Origin: Eledone cirrhosa
Taxonomy: Eukaryota
NCBI GenBank assembly: GCA_964016885.1
Contig: OZ024740.1
Location: 136,586,001 to 136,650,000 of the forward strand
Direction of reading: 5' to 3'
Length of the DNA: 64,000 nucleotides
In this document: one piece after another, positions 37,901-49,979 of the stretch
Layout of the letters: every line of letters starts with the position of its first letter
Numbering within the stretch: the first letter of the stretch is position 1
The notes under the pieces: generated by a model
Seen by the model: only the letters and a program-made list of their open reading frames with translations
The model's database searches: none
What the model was told of the DNA's origin: nothing
Position numbers and translations under genes: made by a program

Positions 37901-38452
37901 GGCAAAGCATAAATGAATTGAGAGAGAGACTGAGCATAAGAGGAATTAAATGCTGTGTGCAGGAGATGCGGTTGCGTTGGTATGGACATGTGATGCGTAT
38001 GAAGGATGACAGCTGCATAAAAAGATGCAGAGCACTAGAAGTCAATGAAAACCACGGAGTGGGGAGACCCAAGAAGACCTGGGATGAGGTGATAAAAGCC
38101 GACCTTACCCAATTACACCTCTCAAATGCGATGACACACAACCATGACCTTTGGCGTCACGCAGTAATACAGAGTACCCGACCTTCCATGGGTACAAGCC
38201 GAAGCTGAAGCATATAGACAATATGCCCCCACACCCTCCCACTGCAAAGTGGACGTGTAGGTGCCACGGAAAAAAAGCACCCACCACTCACTGTAAATGA
38301 GGTTGGTGTTAGGAAGGGCATCCAGCTGTAGAAATCAAGCCAGAATCAGTTCCTGTATGAGCAAGACAAGGTCATCCGACCAGACACTGTCCACAACAGG
38401 ACAACCCGTCTAACCCATGCTAGCGTGGAAGAACGGACGTAAAACAGTGATG
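34985..38452 (+). mobile_element. Near full-length degenerate RTE LINE
   Basis: APE (SAYAPQ, AGDFNGHVG, QIDFIL), RT (YADD), C-terminal RLRWYGH, 3' UTR. Confidence 0.9.
36401..36467 (+). mobile_element. 5'-truncated SINE inserted in the RTE, with 10 bp TSD
   Basis: attatgatag at 36391-36400 and 36468-36477; body resembles SINE fragments at 60684 and 61005. Confidence 0.8.
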
Positions 38453-38564
38453 AATTCATATATATATATATATATATCATAAATATATATAATATATCAT
38501 ATATATATATATCATATATCATATATATATATATATCATATATATATATGATATATCATATATC

Positions 38565-38880
38565 ATCATCATCATCATCATTTTACGTCTGCTTTTCCTG
38601 CTTGTAAGGGTGGGACGGGTCTTATTCAGCACAGTATCTCTCCAATTGTCATGGTCCTTCATCTCCCCCCGTGAGCTTCAGCGATCTGAAGTCTGCTCTC
38701 ACCACCTCTGTCCATGTTTTTCGTGGTCTACTCTACTGCGTCTTCCTCAGTGGTCATCCTCCATGCACATCACATGTCCATACCATCTCAGTCTTCTCTC
38801 CCACACAGCACAACTTATACACAGTTTCTCTCTCAACTCATCTATGCTTGGTCGATCACGCACATTGACATTGCACATTG
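38565..38880 (-). mobile_element. Degenerate RTE 3' fragment
   Basis: Reverse similarity to 34170-34530; (CAT)n. Confidence 0.72.
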
Positions 38881-39349
38881 CAAGAAATGTCACATATCAG
38901 TGGTGCCTGTGCTTGAAGCTTTTTTAAGTGAGGAAAAGCTTTGTACAGGGCCAGTCCCACTTTCTGAACATTGAATGGATTTAGAACTGGTCAACATCAT
39001 TGGATGCAAACAAACTCGCAGGTTTTATATTAGTGACCTTCCCCTAGAGAGATGTCTTAATGAAGACTAGGAGTCTCTCGTTCCACAAAAAAAATATATA
39101 TATATATTATGCCTGTCTTAAAGGTACATCTACAACTCAATGGCATGGTGTTTTATACTTAAGGGCATTTTCAAATTTATATAGGTGCTCTTAAACACAA
39201 AACTCCATGCCCATGAATCACTGATGTAGTTTGGTGGCTATAATAAATTATATACCATATATATACCATATATACCACTCTATCCATATATTGAGTTTCT
39301 CCAATTTGTGCAACTGTGTGTGTGTATATATACATATACACATACTTAT

Positions 39350-40345
39350 ATACTACCTAGGCAATCAAATTAGTAGTGATGGCGAAGATGTGCCAGGATA
39401 AGAACAGGCTGGAAGAAGTTTTGAGATCTAACTACAAAATGCTTTTCTCTCATAGTGAAGGGTAGACTGTATAATGCCTGTGTGAATACTGCAATGTTAT
39501 ATGGTAGTAAGACATGGGTCTAAAACATGGGTCTAAAACATGGGTCAAAAGAAATGAGTCAAGTATACTCCGATAGATGTGCAACGTTAGTTAGTGTGCA
39601 TGAGCGACATAGCATAAGCAAACTGAGGGAAAAACTTGGCATAAGAAGAATTGATTGTACTGTGCAAGAGAGAAGACTGCATTGGTATGGCCATGTGATG
39701 CACTGATGCACATGGAAGATAGCAACTGCATAAAAAATTGCTGGGACCCATTGAAGAAGCAGACCCAGGAACACATTGGATGAGATTGTAAAGACTGACC
39801 TTACAACAGAAATGACTAAAGACTGTGGTGGCTGGTGCTATGCAGTGCTGAAGACCTGACCTGCAGTATATAATGCGACCTGATCTACCCTCCTCTCCTT
39901 CCACTAACAGTTATTCTCAACTTCACTACTTCGACCCCCACATGCACACACATTCCTGGCAGCTGCCCCCACCCCTCAGCCATGGAGAATTTGCCAAGCA
40001 AACAAGGGTTGAGAGGACCCTCAAGTCATGTCAAGGACATGACAACTTCCCTAGTGTTAGTGATTTACACAATAAATACACCCAGTACACGCTGTAGTGA
40101 TTGGTGATAGGAAGGGTATCCTGCCATAGAAATCTTGCCAAACAAAGGGTTGGGAGGACCCTCAGTTGTGTCAAAGGCATCACAACCTCTCCTGAGCACT
40201 TGATGGAATGTGAGACCATACATAAGTGAGACACAGACCCCTGGCCTATCTGGGAGATCAGTGGCTCCGCTTCAGTATTGACTTGGACTACGTGGATCTG
40301 TCCAACCCTTGCTAGCAGGGAAAGCAGGCGTTTAAACGATGATGA
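39350..40345 (+). mobile_element. Old degenerate RTE 3' part with 3' UTR
   Basis: KGRLYNACV and RLHWYGHVM remnants; ccaacccttgctagcagggaaagcaggcgtttaaacgatgatg end. Confidence 0.72.
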
Positions 40346-40364
40346 GAATATATATATACTACCA

Positions 40365-40961
40365 TAAAATCCCTGATCAGCAAAACATACCCTTTTAAGA
40401 AAACCCACTGTGCTAATAGGAAATGTATTATATGTAAAGTAAACCCCCGGATAACCTGTAAAGCTAGAAATGTAGTCTATAGCATAAGATGTACAGAGGG
40501 TACTTGCAGAAACATGACAACAAAATACATAGGCGCGACAGCTCGTAGCATAGGTGAAAGGATAGACCAACACTGGGGGGAACTAAAAGGACGAAAAAAC
40601 GGGTCAGTACTATACGAACACGCCAGACAACAACATGACGGTAACATAGACAACATAGAAATTAAAATAATATCTAAACATAGAAATGACCCAGCAGATA
40701 GGCAGATCAGAGAGGCCAGCGAAATAGAACTTAGAAGGCCAAAGCTAAACAGAAAAAATGAATGGAATAACAACAACACCTAAACAAACAATACTGACCT
40801 AAGAGAAATATAAATAAATAAATAAATAAACAGATTAAATAAAGATGGCGTAGATATACAATACAACAGGAGGAACATAATAGCACCACTGACGATGTTG
40901 CAGATGTGCAACGAAAGAACTTTGTTAGACTATATATATGTGTTTGTGTCTATATTATATC
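40365..40961 (+). mobile_element. PLE GIY-YIG fragment and pLTR related to family A, interrupted by the Gypsy element
   Basis: ORF 40514-40783 KYIGATARSIGERIDQH...RQIREA; hammerhead at ~40885. Confidence 0.8.
40885..40926 (+). ncRNA. Minimal hammerhead (family A-related, weak helix I)
   Basis: ca-CTGACGA-t-gttgca-gatg-tgcaac-GAAA-gaac-TT-tg. Confidence 0.68.
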
Positions 40962-41237
40962 TGTTGTATGGACTGGGAATCGAACTCACAACCTCATTGT
41001 TGTATGGACTGTTAAATTCGTTTTGTTCGGTTTGCACGTGCTCACACATTTGCATATGGGTCACGTGACCTGGGCAGTCGGTCAGCGTTGGTGTTAAAAA
41101 CTCGGTCACAGATTACTTACTTACTTTATGTTATTCTGCTACTGCGAGGAGGGGCGTTTTGGTTGTTTCGCAAATTACACAAATTATTTGATATAACTCG
41201 TTGTGTTTTCTCTGCGAGTACCGAGAGGAATACAACA
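40962..41237 (+). repeat. 5' LTR
   Basis: Matches the 3' LTR apart from a 6 nt indel (compared by eye). Confidence 0.95.
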
Positions 41238-41245
41238 GAGTTTAT

Positions 41246-41264
41246 TGGCGACGAAGATGAGATT
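41246..41264 (+). promoter_or_regulatory. Primer binding site, tRNA-Ser(GCT)-like
   Basis: tggcgacgaagatgagatt versus TGGCGACGAGGATGGGATT expected from the metazoan tRNA-Ser 3' end. Confidence 0.7.
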
Positions 41265-41366
41265 TACCTACATTGCCGATAGGATTTACCTACATTGCCG
41301 ATAGGGTTTACCTACATCGCCGATGGGATTTACCTACATTGCCGGGAAATTGTTTATCACAAAAAC

Positions 41367-42677
41367 ATGGCGGAACAACAAACAGCGGAGCTAATAAAGT
41401 TGTTTAGAGAACAGATGGAACAACAGAGTTTATTGGCGTCGCAACAAATGCAACAACACAAGAAAGATATGGACACTCTGATAAAACTGCTTGGTGCTCG
41501 AGATTCTGAACAACAGAGTTTATTGGCGTCGCCAGTTGCTTCGACACCAACAGCATTCATCCCACTATTTGCTGCTTTTGATTCAACAACAGAACTATGG
41601 CCTGATTACTGGTCAAGATTCTGCACGTTTGTGGCTGCTAACGCTGTACCCGAACAACGCATGGCACAAGTGTTCCTGACTAATCAGACGGCTGCTATCT
41701 ACAAACAACTTGCAAATCTGGCTGCTCAACAAAATCCGCCTAAGAATATCAACAAGTTGACAATGGACGAAATTGTTGACTTCATGAAAGAACAGTTCGA
41801 CCCAAAACTTTTCATTGTGAGAGAACGTTTCAAGTTCTGGAGTGACATGCAACGGAAGCCAGGCGAAACTCTCCAAGAGCTGGCAGCACGTATACGTCAG
41901 GATGCAGCTACCTGTGATTTTCCTTTGATCATAAATCCACAAGATGAAGCTCTAAGACAGAGATTTATATGTTCTGTCAATAATGAAGCTGTGTTGAAGG
42001 CTATTTTCAAGATCAAGGATACAGAACTAGATTTCACCCGTGCTGTCCAAGTTACCATCGGGACCAAAGACGCAGCAAAGGTTGCCAAGGAAATTGTTTA
42101 CGGTTCCAAAACCAAGCAAGTCTACAAGGTCCAGCAGAACAAGAACAAGGGTCCTCGAAAGAACTATCAGCAGTCTTATTCCACAGACCAGGAGATGTGC
42201 TACCGATGTGGAAAGGCCCACAAAGCGACAGACTGCCCCTTCAAAGAAGCTAAATGTCATTTTTGTGACAAAAGGGGACATTTGCAAGCGGTGTGTAGAA
42301 AGAAACAACACCAGCAACGTAATCATCGCTCACAGAATTACGTGAAAAGAATCACGAAAGCTGAGCTAGTCAAGGCGATCCTTGCTGAAGTTCCCCACGA
42401 TACTCATAGTTTGAATGTGCCAATAACAATCCAGAACAGACTTTTCACAATGGAATTGGACACAGCTACTACAGGCAATTTTGTTTCCTTGTCAGTTTGG
42501 AAACAATTAGGAAAACCGAAGCTGCAAGATGTCAAACATCGGTTTGAATCTGCCAGCAAGCACGACCTGCCCGTTCTGGGAACTTTCATGGGCCAAACCA
42601 AGGATCCAACGACCAGTAAACGGAATTCAATACCCTACATCGTCACCAAGATCCCTGATCTTAATTTGCTGGGATGA
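41367..42677 (+). CDS. gag: Gag (two zinc knuckles) and aspartic protease
   Basis: CYRCGKAHKATDC, CHFCDKRGHLQAVC, MELDTA. Confidence 0.9.
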   Translation: MAEQQTAELIKLFREQMEQQSLLASQQMQQHKKDMDTLIKLLGARDSEQQSLLASPVASTPTAFIPLFAAFDSTTELWPDYWSRFCTFVAANAVPEQRMAQVFLTNQTAAIYKQLANLAAQQNPPKNINKLTMDEIVDFMKEQFDPKLFIVRERFKFWSDMQRKPGETLQELAARIRQDAATCDFPLIINPQDEALRQRFICSVNNEAVLKAIFKIKDTELDFTRAVQVTIGTKDAAKVAKEIVYGSKTKQVYKVQQNKNKGPRKNYQQSYSTDQEMCYRCGKAHKATDCPFKEAKCHFCDKRGHLQAVCRKKQHQQRNHRSQNYVKRITKAELVKAILAEVPHDTHSLNVPITIQNRLFTMELDTATTGNFVSLSVWKQLGKPKLQDVKHRFESASKHDLPVLGTFMGQTKDPTTSKRNSIPYIVTKIPDLNLLG

Positions 42678-42704
42678 AACGCTATCCAGACTCTGGGAAT
42701 TTCC

Positions 42705-45629
42705 GTGGACAATGCTCTAGGATTGAAAAGCATAGACAGCCAGGCCAAGAGTGAGGGTGCAGAAGTGATGCATCCAAAGACCTCAAATGAGCCCTATATT
42801 TCCATGCAACGAGATTGTCACAACATGTGTGATGAATTCCCAGACCTCTTCAAGCAAGAATTGGGATGTCTTAATGACTTCGAACTGGAAGTGAAGTTCA
42901 AGTCGGACGCGACACCGGTCTTTCACAAGGCACGCCCGGTCCCGTTTGCTCTTCGTGATGCCCTGGCCAAAGGTTACGAAGAAGGCATCGCCAAAGGAAT
43001 CTGGAAGCCAATACAGTTCAACGAATACGGAACGCCAGTGGTACCGATTCGTAAAGCACATACTTCAGGCAACCTGAAGCCCAAACTACGGATTTGTGGT
43101 GACTACTCTCTGGGAATTAATGACCAACTTGCAGATCATCGTCATCCAATGCCACTCCCAGAGGAACTGATGCAGAAGCTCGGAGGTGGATTCGGATACA
43201 CAAAGATTGATCTTGCTGATGCCTATAATCAGATCAAGCTGGCTCCAGAAAGTCAACGCAGGCTTGCACTCAGCACTCACCGTGGGGTGCTCCTGCAGGA
43301 ACGACTCCCTTTCGGAATCAAGTCAGCACCTGGTTACTTTCAGGAGATCATGGAAAACCTGACTCAAGATCTACCTGGTGTGGCCGTCTTCCAGGACGAC
43401 ATGCTCGTCAGTGGGAAAGATGCAAACGATCACCTGAACAACCTAAAGTGTCTGCTCACACGTCTGTGCGACAAAGGACTCAGATGTCGCCGTGACAAGT
43501 GCCAGTTTTCACTACCCAGTGTGGAATACCTTGGACACACCTTGTCGGCTGAAGGGATCGCGAAGGGATCCAAGGTCGAAGCAGTTTTAAAGATGCCACC
43601 TCCAACGAACGTCTCAAGCTTGAAGTCTTTGCTGGGTTCAGTTCAGTTCTATGGAAAGTTCATCCCAAACCTGGCCAGCATGGCAGAGCCACTCTATTGC
43701 CTTACGAAAAAAACGACTACTTGGAAGTGGGGAGATGAAGAACAGTCAGCTTTCGATCAGTTGAAAAATGTGCTTTCATCGGATCGAGTTCTGATACACT
43801 TCGATCCAAACAAAACTTTGGGACTGGCTTGCGACGCGTCAAACGTTAGTATTGGAGCAGTCCTGTTTCATCGCTATCCTGATGGAAGCGAGCGCCCAAT
43901 ATCCAATGTGTCCAAGACTCTTACTTCTGCACAGCGTAACTACGGCCAAATTCAAAAGGAAGCCCTGGCCATCATATTTGGCTTGCAGAAGTTCTATCAG
44001 TATCTGTACGGACATCAGTTTATACTTGTAACTGACCACAAGCCACTGACATCACTGTTCAGTCCGAGGATAGGGACGCCACTTCTCGCTGCTAACCGAC
44101 TAGCACGGTGGGCCCTGTGGCTGAACCAGTTTGACTACACCATCGAATATCGGAAAACAGCGGATCATGGCAATGCAGATGCCCTCAGTCGCTTGCCATT
44201 TGGTAATGACATCGACTTTGACAGGAAGGAAAATGGTGAAGACATGGACATGGTGTGCGCCATCAAAGCTCTGAGTCTTCAAGTCCAACCTATCGATTCT
44301 AACGTCCTCCGTCAAGAGTCATGGAAAGATTCAGTGATATCTACAGTGATACGCTATGTCCATGAAGGCTGGCCACCAAAGAATACTGAGATCAATGACG
44401 AAGTTAATAAGTTCCAGAAGTTATCGGATTCACTCAGTATCTGCCACGGATGCCTTATCCATGGATCGAGAGTTGTGATTCCACATAGTTTACAGCCAAA
44501 GATCCTCAATCTTCTGCATCTCGGACACTTTGGCATGGAGCGCATGAAACAATTGGCAAGAACTGCTGTTTATTGGCCTGGTATCGATGCTGCTATAGAG
44601 AAAACCAGTCGACAATGTGATTCGTGTAGTGAACATCAAAACCAGCCATCCAAGTCTCCAGTTCACCCATGGATGTTACCTGAAAAGCCGTGGAGCCGCT
44701 TACATCTGGACCACGCAATAAATTTCATGGGCAGTAATTGGTTGGTGATCACGGATGCTTATTCCAAGTATCCATGCATTCATCCTACGTCATCCACGTC
44801 CTCCAGAGCCACTTTAGATCTGCTTGAAGAAGACTTTGCGCACTTCGGATTTCCTCACACGCTAGTCACCGATAACGCACCAACTTTTATTTCTGAGGAG
44901 TTCCAGAGCTGGTGCAAAGAACGTGGGATCACGCACCTGACAGGGGCACCTTACCACCCAGCTAATAACGGAGCAGCAAAACGTTTGGTGCAGAGCTTCA
45001 AACAAGCTCTGAGGAAGACTTCTCTTCCGCCGAAGTGAGCACTTCAAGAGTTCTTGATGCAGTACCGGAGAACACCGACATCCAGTGGATTCTCTCCGAG
45101 TGAACTTTTGAATCACCGGCAGATACGAACAAGGATTGATTCTCTGCTGCCCTCGCCAGCACACATCGCTCAAGGCAAGCAGTCTAAGGAAGCATATAAG
45201 TCTCAGATGACTCCGGACTCGGCAGGTGTCGCTAAGGTTACCAGGCAGTACAAGGCTGGAGATCCTGTGTATGCACTGTACTACGGACCTCGCCGAGACA
45301 AAGATCCCCGATGGGTACCAGCAATCATTAAGAAGTCATTGGGTACTCGCTGCTTCAACGTTAAGGTCATACCTCATGGCCCGGTGTGGAGACGACACTG
45401 GGAACAGCTGCAACCGCGGTACACTACTGAGGAAGACAATGAACCTGGTGATGCAGTAGACACTGTTTTTGAATTTGCAACAGATCACCCGATGGAGATC
45501 TCGGAAATCGTGCCACTAACTCCAAGACAGACCAGACCCAAGACCTTATTGCCCGTTCCAGAGTATGGACCAGACAATGGAAGATGGTCCAAGAGAACTC
45601 GTAAACCCCCAGAGAGACTTTGCTGTTGA
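42705..45629 (+). CDS. pol: Pol (RT, RNase H, integrase), same frame as gag, in-frame TGA at 45036-45038
   Basis: KIDLADAY, LPFG, FQDD, ACDAS, TDHKPL, HHCC, HLD, TDNA. Confidence 0.92.
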
Positions 45630-45663
45630 TGCTTCTTTTGTCGCATCAATTTCGGTGGGGAAG

Positions 45664-45933
45664 TGTTGTATGGACTGGGAATCGAACTCACAACCTCATT
45701 GTTGTATGGACTGTTAAATTCGTTTTGTTCGGTTTGCACGTGCTCACACATTTGCATATGGGTCACGTGACCTGGGCAGTCGGTCAGCGTTGGTGTTAAA
45801 AACTCGGTCACAGATTACTTACTTACTTTATGTTATTCTGCTACTGCGAGGAGGGGCGTTTTGGTTGTTTCGCAAATTACACATTGATATAACTCGTTGT
45901 GTTTTCTCTGCGAGTACCGAGAGGAATACAACA
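45664..45933 (+). repeat. 3' LTR
   Basis: Direct repeat of the 5' LTR. Confidence 0.95.
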
Positions 45934-46059
45934 ATATCTGTATTTTTTTACCGTTGGTCAGTCAATAGTAAACATTGAGGACCGAATAAATTAACTGATA
46001 TAAAAGATACAGAAGCGAAAACCAACCAAACAGTGAGTGTGTTCTGTTATACGTGTCTA

Positions 46060-46320
46060 TACGATCCACTAAATCCCTTCAAGGCGTGTTCCAGCATGAC
46101 TTCAGTCTGACAGAGACCAGTAAAAGAACATGTATATATATTTTTATTTTTACTGGTTTCAGTTAGTAGATTAAAACCATGATGGAGCACTACCTTGAAG
46201 ATATTTCATCAATCAACACCAATACATACATTGTTCTAAGCCTGGTATTATTTTATTGATTTTCTTGTTTAACCAATGTTGCATGATATAAACACAAACA
46301 AATGTACACACACACACTTA
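46060..46320. mobile_element. Two SINE/LINE 3' tails (CR1-type) in opposite orientation
   Basis: aaggcgtgttccagcatgac...cagtaaaaga (+) and ttttactggtttcag...gagcactaccttgaag (-), similar to 17260-17318. Confidence 0.55.
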
Positions 46321-46332
46321 TATATGTATATA

Positions 46333-47080
46333 CATGGTCTGTCAAAAAAGTATCTGACTTTTTTCTGTGAGAATGTTGAATGGGGCAAACATGCAGAATG
46401 GAGCTGCATATATTCATGCACATGTAGTGTCAGGTAGCCAGTATGTGAGGTGCTGTATGTCTTGTCACATTTTCATTTTGCCCAATACTGCCAATAAGGA
46501 TCCTGAATACTGTGATAACTGGAGATGAGACATATAAATAGGTATGACCCCAGAAGCTTAAAGCTGTCATCACAGTGGAAGTATCCAATGTCACCAAGGC
46601 CCAAAAAACCATGTCAGGTGCAGAGGAGAGCCAAATCAAGGTGATGCTGTTTTCTTCAACTACAAATGTGTGCATCACAAATACACTAGGAGACCAATAT
46701 TACAAAGGAGCCTGGCTTTGTGCCAAAAGTAGAAACAATATTACAAAGGAGTAATATCAGGATGTCTTCATGATGCAGTCCTCTGCAAAAGACCAGATGA
46801 GTGGACCCCACAAAACTGACAGCTGCATCAGGACAATGGCGTGGTTCATTTGTTGTAGCTGATTAAGATTTGATAAAGAATAGCATTTCACTCATTTTAT
46901 TTGCTACATTCTATACTCTCCAGACATTGCATTTCTGACTTCTAATTGTTCCCTAAAATGAAGATAACACTGAAAGGCTCCCGTTTTGAGAACCAAGGGG
47001 ACATGATGCTGACTGAAACAGCATAGCTGAAAGCTTTTCAAGATGTACTTCAAAATGATTTTTTTTCTCAGTCAGACGTG
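46333..47080 (+). mobile_element. Degenerate mariner element
   Basis: TA|catggtctgtcaaaaaagtatc start; VITGDET, YDPE, LHQDN, YSPDIA and LFPKMK remnants. Confidence 0.75.
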
Positions 47081-47376
47081 TATATGTCTCACTTAAATAT
47101 TGTCTTGTTTTGACATAGTTTCTACAACTTTTCCTATCAGCAGCCACATGAGTGCATTTTATTATGGCACAAGCATTAGGTTGTTAGACATTGAATTGAC
47201 TGAAGAGCCCTTTCTGGCCTATTGAGGGAGGATGCCTTGTCTGAAGGCTGGTTAGGGAGTAAGAAAAATGATTTTGTGTGTGTGTGTGAATATATATATA
47301 TGTCTTATGGTAGCTAGGATGCGTCCATAGGCGATATGCCGGTTGAGCACTCTATGCTCCTACGGAGCAGAGTATA

Positions 47377-47659
47377 ATAAAATGGAAAACGAAGAATCAG
47401 TTATGTATCGGAACTCAATTTATTGCGTATTACAAATGTTTCTCCGGCAAACAGCTCAAGGTGCGATCTGTTGGTGGATCAACCTGAGTCTGGATTCGCA
47501 AGTTCCTCAGATGTATCAGATGTATCTGAGGAACTTGCGAATCCAGAATCAGGTCGATCCACCAACAGATCGCATCTCGAGCTGTTCGCTGGAGAAACAT
47601 TTGTAATACGCAATAAATTGAGTTCCGATGCATAACTGATTCTTCGTTTTCCATTTTAT
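47377..47659. mobile_element. Fold-back pair of a hammerhead-containing pLTR-like unit
   Basis: ~140 bp arms, a few mismatches, centre near 47518. Confidence 0.75.
47521..47610 (+). ncRNA. Candidate hammerhead with long helix II insert
   Basis: tgtat-CTGAGGA-a-cttgcgaa...ttcgctgg-a-GAAA-catttg-TA-atacg. Confidence 0.6.
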
Positions 47660-47670
47660 ATATATATATA

Positions 47671-47867
47671 TTGTTATACTTTGGGAGGGTCATGTTGCCA
47701 ATAAGAAACACACGCACCAGTTGCTTTCACTTCAATTTATTATAATAAATTTATAAATTTAGGAATTTATAAATTGGCAACATGACCCTCCCAAAGTATA
47801 ACAATATCGGTTTCAACACACGTTTTCAGATAAAGAATCTTGCTAAACAAATTCAGAAACGAAATAT
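47671..47867. mobile_element. Family A PLE terminal fragments in inverted arrangement
   Basis: Minus pLTR end 47671-47760, then plus ttggcaacATGACCCTCCCAAAG... ORF start. Confidence 0.85.
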
Positions 47868-47879
47868 ATATATATATAT

Positions 47880-48355
47880 ATGATGGCTGCCCCCTCGTTA
47901 TCGAGTATGGCCATTGCACGATATACCATTATTAATAATTATTAATCAATTCTATTGTGCAATGCCTGTGCGTGAACATATTTTTTAAAGTGAGGAAAGA
48001 CTGTGCACTGAGCCAATCCCACTCTCTGAGCGACAGTAGCTATAACCCGAAAAGAAGAAAAGATCAACACCATTGGTAACTACTGAACCGCAGATTTTAT
48101 ATCGGAGTTATCCCAGTTTCCTGAGTTGCCTTCTCCTAGAAGAATGCCCTGACAAAGGCTAGGGATCCTTCACTCCCAGTGGTTTAACCGCATGATCGGG
48201 TGTCTAGCCCGACTATTTCTATGTCCCCGCGCATATACATACATATGCACCCATGTATATACACATATACATATACATACATATGTACATGTGTATATAC
48301 ATATTTACACACTTTTGGATGGCCGTTGACTCTTATGAGTTCTTCCGCCCTTTAT
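47880..48355. repeat. Interspersed repeat, probably an RTE 5' UTR derivative on the minus strand; relatives at 38895-39085 and 59865-60470
   Basis: Shared gtgaggaaa..ccagtcccact..tcaacatcattgg..ccttctcctaga..gacaaaggcta blocks. Confidence 0.55.
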
Positions 48356-48984
48356 ATATATACACACACATACACACACAATGGGATTCTGCACATTTTC
48401 TCACAAACCATTATTGTTTAATCGAAAGTTAATGATAAACACTGAAGGTGCTATGTAGTGGAAGTAAACTTGAAACCATGTGATTGTGAAGCAAACTCCT
48501 TAACTTCAATACTATATTTGTAGTGTTGAACATAAGCAAAACTGAATTGTTTAAGCCAGAGACAGTGAATTAATTTATTTTTCATGTATTTATACATTTT
48601 TAATTATTTACCTACTGTTGCCCACAATGGAAAATGTATAATTGTTAACATTTTGGGGTAGTAGAAAACAGCTTCCAGCTCACTCCAATTTCCTATTATC
48701 TATTTACTTCTAATCTGTGCTTTTATCTATTTATACTATTTACTAAATGCCATTACTCAGCTCATTTGTTTTAGTTTAGTTGTTATTCAGACATTTAACA
48801 ATAAGCTTTATGAAAGAGGAGCAATTTTCCAGATCTGTGTGAGACAGCCAAATTGGCTTTACTAAACAAAAGGCTGGGGAATTGGTCAACTCTTTAAAGC
48901 ATAAGACAAAATGTCCTGCTGTATTTGCTTTGACTCTTTGTGCTTTATTTTAATGCCAAATAACAGATTCAACTTAAAATCCTT

Positions 48985-49536
48985 TGGATTTTCAGAAGTG
49001 TCAGCTGATATTTGGAAGTTTTAAAACCCAGAGTTGATATTTTCCTTTTTAAAAACTATGTCCTAGTACGCATGTGCTTCCAGAAAGCCCAGTTTCATCA
49101 ACATTATATATTTGTACTACTGTAAAGCCTTCTTCACCAAACCTAGATAATTAGTAGCAACCTATATAGATCAGCTCTAGCAGTTTCATCTTCCTTCTGC
49201 AAACCACTATATAACATTTAAACTTATGCTTGAATGACGATCATATTTATTGGCACATTACATCCAGTCTGATCATTGATCCATACTCAAGAACTGTTCC
49301 ATATTAAACACCACATCATATCTATGAAAACAAATGTGAAGTTAACAGGGTAGGTGCTTGAGTAATTGACTTCATTTTGTCTATATTATCACATGTTGAT
49401 CCCACTGTTAGACATTACAAGATTTAATGTTTTGGCAATGTGTCTTAATATCCAATGTATTCTTTTTATTGCTGCTTTCATTTCAAATTGATGGCCTCTC
49501 TCCAGTCATCTTGAACAAGGGGTATGTACTATACTG
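48985..49536 (-). mobile_element. Degenerate pogo/Tigger transposase remnant
   Basis: Minus strand EEGFT..QIYNVDETGL, LGFKTSKYQLTLL, VWINDQ; TA|CAGTA end. Confidence 0.68.
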
Positions 49537-49979
49537 TAGATGTTTTTAATTAAATCCAACTGTAGTGGCAACAAAGAGTAATGTAAAGGAAATGGTTAAA
49601 AAGTTTATTGTAGATTTAATGCTCTTCTTCCCTTGACTGGATATTTAATTTATGACCTGCTTAGATAAATCTATACATAATATAAAAGAGAGATGTTGGT
49701 TGGTTCCTTCGTGTATCACACAAAAACGAAAACTGACAATCGGAAAGTAAGTACAGCAATGGAATAAATGTATATTCAGGAAGGTTTAATGATACTAATT
49801 TTATAACATCAAAGAAGAAAAACATCCTGGGTATGCTAACCATCCTGACTGCTACTCCTAGCAAGGAATCAAACATAAGGGATTCTCTCTGCGCATTTGT
49901 TGCCAGTGATGATCGTATTCCGCAGCCAGTATCTCCGAGAATTTGAAAGCTGATTTACACTTACACACACATATAATTA

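Larger units (their letters stand above)
40962..45933 (+). mobile_element. Full-length Ty3/Gypsy (Mag-like) LTR retrotransposon
   Basis: LTRs 40962-41237 and 45664-45933 (TG...CA); 5 bp TSD ATATC; PBS TGGCGACGA; PPT ggtggggaag; order gag-PR-RT-RH-IN. Confidence 0.96.

Noticed and set aside
42675-42677. Programmed gag-pol readthrough stop
   Set aside because: Lies within the protease LLGRD motif, consistent with a CGA to TGA mutation
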